NCBI GenBank assembly: GCA_963681965.1
Contig: OY820579.1
Coordinates: 1,280,001-1,344,000 of the forward strand
DNA length: 64,000 nt
Direction: 5' to 3'
Origin: a bacterium
GTDB taxonomy: Bacteria; Electryoneota; JAOADG01
A program made the position numbers and the translations under genes. The first letter of the stretch is position 1; every line of letters starts with the position of its first letter. The notes below the pieces were generated by a model, which saw only the letters and a program-made list of their open reading frames with translations, had not been told where the DNA came from and made no database searches. This document shows positions 1-7,858 of this stretch, one piece after another.

Positions 1-236
1 TGATAGCATTATGGTTAATGGAATTAGTGTTTATTGTGACACTTTGCATGTTAAATATGTTAAGCGTATCAATAGCTATTATTACAATCCAAATCATCAG
101 GGACCACTGCCTTTTGATTCAACACGATGGTCTTGGAATCATCGGTATTTTGACACTTTAGGAATTGATTATGAAAGATTTGTGTCGAATTTTCACATTC
201 TTGAAAGAAAACGTATTTCTACTAATGATATGAATG

Positions 237-1454
237 GAAACCTCTGAAAAAATCACTTTTGTATCACTCTCTTTTGCCTCATCAGTCTGATTTCGACGAT
301 TTTCGAAATGAATTGCAAATTTTAGTGTAATTGGGGTCGATTTTGGTTGGATTTTTTGATGATTTTCGGTGATTTCTGCTGCTTGGGCAGAGTTCACTCT
401 CCGATTTATCGTTTTTCAGGTTACCAGCACCAGTTTGCAGGCCCGTTTCAAGTTCACTGCCATGGCGGTAAAGTAGACTTGTGTCAGATTCCGTTCGATA
501 CCGTAATAGCGCAAACGCGCGAGGTGTCCCCACCGCTTCAAGTCGTTCATCTTGGCTTCGATCCGGCTTCGGATCCGTGAGTTGGATCGATTGCGGCATC
601 GCTCATGTTCCGTCAAGCGACGATTGCGTCTTGCCTTGTGAAGAATGCCGTCGTACCAGTGGCGGGCGTGAATCAAGTTGCGGTGTGCCGTCGAATCGTA
701 CGCCTTGTCGGCAAACACGCCACCGGTGTCGTCGGGAAGCAATGCCTCGAACACCTGCGAGTCGTGAACAATATTCGATGTCAAGTCGACTGCTTCGATC
801 AGCTCGCTTTCATGATCCATCGAAACATGCACTTTCATCCCGTCGACCGGTTTATCTTTGCGGACCGTGATGGTTACATCGGGGTCGACCGGAGTACCGT
901 CGGCACGGGTGGAGCCCGCAGTCGTGGCACCCTTGACCAATGTCGCGTCGACCAGTGTACAACTGCGAACGAATAGACCGAACGAAGCCAACTGACGGTT
1001 CAATTCATTGAACAATTCCTTCTCGTAACGAAAGTCGCGCAACCGTTGACGGAACCGAACCAGGGTCGAATCGTCCAACAGATAATCGCGAACGGTAAAA
1101 CCGATAAACCGTTCGAAGCTGCGTCGGTCGTGGATCTCCTGCACCACTTGTACATCCGACAGACCGTACCATTGTTCCAACAGCAACGCTTTGAACAACA
1201 TCAACGGCGGGATCGGGGGGCGACCGCGGGTGCCGCGGTACATCCGCATTAGCAGCGACTCGATCGGACGAAAATCGATCAACCGATCGATCTCATCAAG
1301 CATGCTCTTCTTGTGACGGCGACACTGATCGTCTAGTTCACCGAAGGTAATCCATTCGCGGGTAGAGGGAACGAGGGACATTGTAAACTCCGTTATAGGC
1401 TCTAACGGCAATACGAGATAATCATCAAAAACGTGGGATTAAATCAGAGGTTTC
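237..1454 (-). mobile_element. IS5-family insertion sequence, 1218 bp
   Basis: Perfect 11-bp terminal IRs GAAACCTCTGA (237-247) / TCAGAGGTTTC (1444-1454), flanked by direct repeat GAATG (232-236, 1455-1459); encodes a single transposase. Confidence 0.92.
416..1411 (-). CDS. IS5-family DDE transposase
   Basis: GRPPIPPLMLFKALLLEQWYGLSD (DUF772-like), LVDATLV, VFADKAYD, RSRIEAK..LKR motifs. Start may be the ATG at 1381. Confidence 0.92.
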   Translation of the reverse strand: MPLEPITEFTMSLVPSTREWITFGELDDQCRRHKKSMLDEIDRLIDFRPIESLLMRMYRGTRGRPPIPPLMLFKALLLEQWYGLSDVQVVQEIHDRRSFERFIGFTVRDYLLDDSTLVRFRQRLRDFRYEKELFNELNRQLASFGLFVRSCTLVDATLVKGATTAGSTRADGTPVDPDVTITVRKDKPVDGMKVHVSMDHESELIEAVDLTSNIVHDSQVFEALLPDDTGGVFADKAYDSTAHRNLIHARHWYDGILHKARRNRRLTEHERCRNRSNSRIRSRIEAKMNDLKRWGHLARLRYYGIERNLTQVYFTAMAVNLKRACKLVLVT

Positions 1455-1655
1455 GAATGCTGTTCTTGATCCTGATGACTACAAAAACGATTCAATTAAT
1501 GCAGTTATTTGCGATTTTATGCGTCGCGCAATTTTGCAAGAATATGTTTGGTACTCTCCAATTGGAGTTGCTACAAAAGACTCATTAAGGTGATCTAGCC
1601 CCCGAAAGTAGTACCACTCTCTATGTCAGAGTAGTACCTTTTATGGGAGGTTTTC

Positions 1656-1931
1656 ATGCGTGGAGTGAAGCGAACTGCGGAGCAGATTATCCCGATGCTT
1701 CGTGAAGCGGAAGTTGAGATTGGGAAGGGGATGAGCGTCCGTGAAGTTTGCCGGAAGTTGGGCATCCAGGAACATACTTACTACCACTGGCGCAAGGAAT
1801 ACGGTGGTTTGAAGCTGGATCAGGCGAAGCGTTTGAAGGAACTGGAACGCGAGAATGGCCGTCTTCGGAAGGTCGTATCTGATCTGACCTTGGACAAAGA
1901 GATCCTGCAGGAGGCTCTCAAGGGAAAATAG
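1656..1931 (+). CDS. IS3 OrfA (HTH)
   Basis: EQII..LRE, VCRKLGI..TYYHWRKEYGG, LKELERENGRLRKVVSDLTLD; GGGAGG RBS upstream. Confidence 0.92.
   Translation: MRGVKRTAEQIIPMLREAEVEIGKGMSVREVCRKLGIQEHTYYHWRKEYGGLKLDQAKRLKELERENGRLRKVVSDLTLDKEILQEALKGK
1922..1928 (+). promoter_or_regulatory. -1 programmed ribosomal frameshift slippery site (G GGA AAA)
   Basis: X XXY YYZ heptamer in the OrfA frame directly before its TAG; the -1 frame reads into OrfB (AAA ATA GTG TGC CCG). Confidence 0.75.
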
Positions 1932-2806
1932 TGTGCCCGGCGAAGCGTCGCGAGACTGCGCTTACTGTTCGCCATTCGCTGGGCATTGATCGGGTCTCGG
2001 AACGACGGGTCTGTACGGTTCTTTGCGAACCACGAACGAGTCACCGGTATGCACCGCTTCGTCGTGCCGACGAAGGCCCGTTGGTCTCGCTGGTGGTATT
2101 TCTGGCTTGCCAGTATGGCGGGTATGGCTACCGGATCGTAACGGCGATGATCCGTAACATCGGCTGGCGGGTAAACCACAAACGGGTGGAACGGATCTGG
2201 CGACAGTCCGGACTGAAGGTCCCGAAGAAGCAGAAGAAGCGTCGAAGACTGTGGCTGAATGATGGTTCCTGCATCCGTCTACGTCCGGAACATCCGGATC
2301 ATGTCTGGAGCTTCGACTTTGTCACGTGGCATACGTCGAATGGTCGTTCGTTCAAGATCTTTGCGATCATGGACGAATACACCCGGGAATGCCTTGCGAT
2401 CCTGGTAGCCCGGAAGATCAAGGCGGATGATGTTCTTTGCGTACTGGAAGAACTGTTTGTAGTACGAGGTACACCGATTCATGTTCGTAGTGACAATGGC
2501 CCTGAGTTTACGGCGAATGAGGTACTAGCGTGGCTGCCCCGGGTTGATGTGCAACCCTTGTTTATTACGCCTGGCAGCCCGTGGGAAAACGGATACATCG
2601 AAAGTTTTAACTGTCGGTTGAAACTGTTGCTGAAGGGTGAAATCTTTGATACCATATTGGAAGCAAAGGTGATTATCGAACAATGGCGGCACCATTACAA
2701 TACGATTCGACCGCACAGCTCTTTGGGCTATCTGCCGCCGGCACCGGAAACAGAGTTACCACTCATTCCTGCTCCGCTACGCTACGCAGGAATGAGACCA
2801 GTGTGA
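1931..2806 (+). CDS. IS3 OrfB (rve/DDE catalytic domain)
   Basis: VWSFDFV, SDNGPEF, PGSPWENGYIESFN, YNTIRPHSSLGY. Confidence 0.92.
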   Translation: MCPAKRRETALTVRHSLGIDRVSERRVCTVLCEPRTSHRYAPLRRADEGPLVSLVVFLACQYGGYGYRIVTAMIRNIGWRVNHKRVERIWRQSGLKVPKKQKKRRRLWLNDGSCIRLRPEHPDHVWSFDFVTWHTSNGRSFKIFAIMDEYTRECLAILVARKIKADDVLCVLEELFVVRGTPIHVRSDNGPEFTANEVLAWLPRVDVQPLFITPGSPWENGYIESFNCRLKLLLKGEIFDTILEAKVIIEQWRHHYNTIRPHSSLGYLPPAPETELPLIPAPLRYAGMRPV

Positions 2807-2853
2807 CATAGACACTGGTACAAATAATGGGGGCAGATCATGACGATACAGCA

Positions 2854-3330
2854 TCAACGCTTCGTTAATACTTCAACAACGGCTTTATGTCCATTATATT
2901 TTGCAACATTTAGCGGCGTATCTTCATCGCTAGTTCGAATGTTCGGGTTAGCACCTTTCGACAAAAGAAATTCAACTACTTCCGCATGACCATTCATTGC
3001 CGCCAAGAATAATGGAGTTTGTTCCATGAATCCACTTTTTGCATTCACGTTTGCCCCCTTGGAAACAAGAAATTCAACGACATCTTTACGAGCATTAAAT
3101 GCTGCTGTGTGAAGCGGCGTTTCCTTTGCGGGTGTGTTGATGGAATCAATCTCAGCTCCAGATTCTATGAGAAATTGTACGTAATTTAGTTTTCCATGCT
3201 CAGCCGCCACGTAGAGCGGCGTCCAATTGTCCATATCCTTAGATTTTGCATTCACTAAAGCTGGATTGTTTGTCAGAATTATACGCAGAAGTCCAAAATC
3301 CTGACCTTTTACCGCATCCCATATTTCCAT
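2854..3330 (-). CDS. Ankyrin-repeat protein (about 4 repeats)
   Basis: TPLYVAAEHG, TPLHTAAFNA, TPLFLAAMNGH, TPLNVAKYNGH with GANVN/GANPN turns. Confidence 0.93.
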   Translation of the reverse strand: MEIWDAVKGQDFGLLRIILTNNPALVNAKSKDMDNWTPLYVAAEHGKLNYVQFLIESGAEIDSINTPAKETPLHTAAFNARKDVVEFLVSKGANVNAKSGFMEQTPLFLAAMNGHAEVVEFLLSKGANPNIRTSDEDTPLNVAKYNGHKAVVEVLTKR

Positions 3331-3472
3331 TTTGATGGCCTCGTTTCTGAATGCTCTTGAGATTTGATCGTTTTACTATTAATTGTACAGCCATTCTTCC
3401 GCTTTCCGCATCGATTTGCTTGCGGAATCGGAATAACCTACATAAGAAAAACCGGAATACTCGACTTAGACC

Positions 3473-3703
3473 TCACGCGAGTGATGATTCGATTCTACGC
3501 CGAACCCACTCACAATGACAAGTGCCTTCACAACGACAAATGACACAATCGCCGTCACAATCACCCTTGACACATAGAATGTTCGGTAAGTCCGATTCAA
3601 TCTGCTGAATACTGATTATCTTACAATCGCTTGTATTCGCAAGTGTGGTGGCATAAATCGACGATAAAGAGTAGTCGATCTCATTTTGGTTCGATGATTC
3701 CAT
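3473..3703 (-). CDS. Cys-rich 76-aa peptide, putative RiPP precursor
   Basis: Strong GGAGGT RBS; starts 18 bp after the rSAM stop; 7 Cys in residues 44-64 (CVKGDCDGDCVICRCEGTCHCEW). Confidence 0.7.
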   Translation of the reverse strand: MESSNQNEIDYSLSSIYATTLANTSDCKIISIQQIESDLPNILCVKGDCDGDCVICRCEGTCHCEWVRRRIESSLA

Positions 3704-3721
3704 TTTACCTCCGATACGTAA

Positions 3722-5080
3722 TTAGCCTAAAATAGAATTTGCGTGAAAATAATTAAATTCTGTATTACCATTTGAAATCTCTTTTAAGTAATATTCCATT
3801 AATCCGCGTGCGATCTTGCAATGATCCAATTTTGTGCCATCGTATGCATCTCCGAGTCGCATTGCTTTAACTGGACAACCTCCAGAGCAATGCCATTTTG
3901 CCAAGCAAAGACTGCATTTAGGCATATTGTAAATAGATCGAGCCGTTAAAGGAATTCTAACATCATTCCAAATGTCAAATTTGTTCGTTTCGGAATTATA
4001 TTGTCCGATAAAGAATACTTTTGACATAGGATCTTCAGACATTGAAACCTCTGTACAAGAGGTAACAAAACCTTCAGGCGTAACGTAAAAATTCTCTCCG
4101 ACTGCTCCACAAAATACAGACGACAAGGTTTCTATCCTTATAGCAGAACATAATAATTCAATATTCAGATTAGATGCTATCGAAAGACATTCAATAAACC
4201 TGTCGGTGAATGTTTTAGTATCAGGCATTAGTTCAGGCGATGTACTACATCGTCCACATGCAAACAACGGCTCAAAGTGGACCCTTTTTATCCCTAATGA
4301 ACCAAAGTATTCCAAAATTGATGGCATCAAATCTACTGAGTATGAAGATATTGTAGATCTAATTGTTAATTGAAGCTCACTTTTAACAAAATCTTTGATA
4401 CTATTTTCAATTACTCCGAAAGACATTTTGGAATTACGTGTCGGACGATGATAATTTTGTATATCCTTAGTACCATCAAAAGAAATACTCAAGTGCTGAA
4501 AGTTTGCAATTGTCCAATTTATTTGTCTTTTTGTTAGCAGACCATTTGTGACACCGCTAATAATAACTTGAATACCAGTGAGTTTCTCTTTCTCTCTGCT
4601 ATATTTAATAACTTTCTTCATTAATTCCCATGCTAAAAATGGCTCACCTCCACCCAAAAAACTAATTCTTACTTTTGAGCCGCTCTTTTCCAATGCATTA
4701 GAAAAAATATTATCAATTGCACATTTTGCAATTTGCCATTTCAAATACTTTGATGTAATGCCTGCATTCGCATAGCAATAAATGCACTTTAAATTGCAAT
4801 CAGATGTCGGAAGTAGCGTTAAACTTGTTGGTTTATATTCTGCAGATGAAGATTTTATGTCATCAGGAATTTGATCTAAAGAATTAATAATACCCAAATT
4901 TTCTAACCTTAATAAAATTCTTTTGGTATAATCATCGTTAGGTAATGTTTTATTTGAATTTACAAGTTGCAACAAAGCTACAACTTCCTCATTTACTTTG
5001 AGTACGAGACGTAGAAGAGGAGCGTAAATTATGAAACAATCCTCGTACGGAAGTACATACATTTCATTTATCACATTCAT
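3722..5080 (-). CDS. Radical SAM/SPASM protein with probable N-terminal RRE (PqqD-like) domain
   Basis: CNLKCIYC, FLGGGEP, TNG, ISFDG motifs; SPASM Cys pattern FCGA..TSC..CSLCLAKWHCSGGCP..HC; N-terminal beta-strands and helices ending LENLGII. Start moved to ATG 5080 from the TTG at 5206 in the ORF track. Confidence 0.92.
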   Translation of the reverse strand: MNVINEMYVLPYEDCFIIYAPLLRLVLKVNEEVVALLQLVNSNKTLPNDDYTKRILLRLENLGIINSLDQIPDDIKSSSAEYKPTSLTLLPTSDCNLKCIYCYANAGITSKYLKWQIAKCAIDNIFSNALEKSGSKVRISFLGGGEPFLAWELMKKVIKYSREKEKLTGIQVIISGVTNGLLTKRQINWTIANFQHLSISFDGTKDIQNYHRPTRNSKMSFGVIENSIKDFVKSELQLTIRSTISSYSVDLMPSILEYFGSLGIKRVHFEPLFACGRCSTSPELMPDTKTFTDRFIECLSIASNLNIELLCSAIRIETLSSVFCGAVGENFYVTPEGFVTSCTEVSMSEDPMSKVFFIGQYNSETNKFDIWNDVRIPLTARSIYNMPKCSLCLAKWHCSGGCPVKAMRLGDAYDGTKLDHCKIARGLMEYYLKEISNGNTEFNYFHANSILG

Positions 5081-5225
5081 GAGTTTCCAACTCGTTAATT
5101 GTACAACCACGTTTCTGCTTTCCGCAATGCTTTGTTTGTGGAATCGAAATGACCCACTAGAAATCTGACAGCAAACGCAACGAAAACTTCGTTGGTATTT
5201 TGCCAAAAATCCGCTTGGACAAAGC

Positions 5226-5423
5226 TCAATCCTTTAAGTATACTTTTTCGTGGTGAGATTTATCATGGCTACCACATTCGGGACATTTTTCTCCACCATT
5301 ACTGCCATGACATTCATGGCAATATTTTTCACCACACTTTTCACATTTATAGATCCAAAAATGCGAAGTAGATAATCCGGCTTTACCTGAATGTCCACAA
5401 CGTGGGCAAGAATCTTGCGACAT
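5226..5423 (-). CDS. Small zinc-finger protein (4 CxxC, 65 aa)
   Basis: CPRC, CEKC, CHEC, CPEC; AGAGGAG RBS before ATG 5423. Confidence 0.75.
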   Translation of the reverse strand: MSQDSCPRCGHSGKAGLSTSHFWIYKCEKCGEKYCHECHGSNGGEKCPECGSHDKSHHEKVYLKD

Positions 5424-5521
5424 ATTTTCTCCTCTTTTCGATATTTGGGGCACTGGCCGTTCTTGTTAACCAGTTGCCTACTTTAACTTGTACCTCTTAC
5501 CAATGAGTGTCGAGGTCCCCA

Positions 5522-5758
5522 ATGGAGTGTATCCATTGTCAACAATTGGATCAAGTCCGATTGAAAGGTTCCTGTACTTTGAAGAGCGGCGATGTTACGA
5601 ACATGTATATCTGCAAACGCTGCCACAAAACCTTCTGTGACCGCACTGGAACTGCGTTGTATCATTGTCAGCTTTCGAAACAGGATGCCGCTTCGAAACT
5701 TGCTGGTAAGCAAAAAAAAGGTCGCGCAACACACAACGAAGATCTTAGTGAAATATAA
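5522..5758 (+). pseudogene. IS1/IS1595-like transposase zinc-ribbon fragment
   Basis: CIHC...YICKRCHKTFCDRTGTALYH pattern; GAGGT RBS; no DDE domain follows. Confidence 0.55.
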
Positions 5759-5794
5759 TTGTTCCCATGGGATGGTGCTGCGAAATTGGGAAAT

Positions 5795-5824
5795 AAAAAA
5801 GCCCAACGCAATCAAGCACCGGGC
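5795..5824 (-). terminator. Intrinsic terminator after small ORF
   Basis: Minus strand GCCCGGTGC-TTGATT-GCGTTGGGC followed by TTTTTT. Confidence 0.65.
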
Positions 5825-5826
5825 AT

Positions 5827-5913
5827 TCACCAGTTGAGACGAAGCACTTCCACACCGTCAGGATCATCGAACGGGATCTTTAACCAATCGTGGTAGTTTT
5901 CTGGAATCTTCAT
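5827..5913 (-). CDS. Possible 28-aa small protein (MKIPENYHDWLKIPFDDPDGVEVLRLNW)
   Basis: Purine-rich sequence (GGAAAAGAAGAAAG) before the ATG; terminator directly after the stop. Confidence 0.35.
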   Translation of the reverse strand: MKIPENYHDWLKIPFDDPDGVEVLRLNW

Positions 5914-6083
5914 CGTCTTTCTTCTTTTCCAACTTTCCAAGATAACTCTTTTGAGTTTTGCAAACAACTCTCCTCTCTTGGTCAAACTAAGAGGAGCGGG
6001 TAGTTCATTCCGACTCTGTTTCCAGTATTCGTTCAACACGCCCTACCCGCAAACCCGCACTGAACGCAGTCATCTTTTTCGGC

Positions 6084-6101
6084 GTAGCGGGGTTATGATT
6101 T
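6084..6101 (-). repeat. Degenerate duplicate of tRNA-fMet 3' end (att-like)
   Basis: GTAGCGGGGTTATGATTT (6084-6101) versus GTAGCGGGGGTAGGATTT (6157-6174): 16/18 identical. Confidence 0.7.
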
Positions 6102-6117
6102 ACATCACAAATAACGC

Positions 6118-6152
6118 AAAAAAGACCTACTGTTTTAGTAGGTCTTCTTTTT
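6118..6152 (-). terminator. Intrinsic terminator downstream of tRNA
   Basis: AGACCTAC/GTAGGTCT hairpin flanked by A and T runs. Confidence 0.75.
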
Positions 6153-6157
6153 GAGTG

Positions 6158-6231
<74 letters not shown>

Positions 6232-6316
6232 TCAGTGATATTGCTATCAGCCTTGCAATATATGCAAGTTCCTCAATCAAATGCAAATAATCGCCGTAAA
6301 CCTAGATTGTACAACG

Positions 6317-7858
<1,542 letters not shown>

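Larger units (their letters stand above)
2..1590 (+). pseudogene. Hypothetical (probably secreted) protein gene, open at the left edge, split by IS5 (237-1454) and truncated by IS3 (from 1591)
   Basis: Removing 237-1454 plus one GAATG copy restores an open frame: ...ISTNDMN|AVLDPDDYKNDSINAVICDFMRRAILQEYVWYSPIGVATKDSLR, which stops at the TGA that starts the IS3 left end. Confidence 0.8.
1591..2840 (+). mobile_element. IS3-family insertion sequence (IS407-like), 1250 bp
   Basis: TG...CA ends; IRL TGATCTAGCCCCCGAAAGTAGTACCA versus reverse-complemented IRR TGATCTGCCCCCATTATTTGTACCA; orfA/orfB arrangement; no TSD visible. Confidence 0.92.

Noticed and set aside
5081-5206. 42-aa N-terminal extension of the rSAM in the ORF track, containing CVCC
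   Set aside because: Depends on a TTG start; ATG 5080 gives a normal RRE-rSAM length. Treated as non-coding.
5827-6039. Possible tyrosine integrase remnant (EVLRLNW resembles the box I ExLxLxW)
   Set aside because: No catalytic Arg context or other integrase motifs; too short to support.
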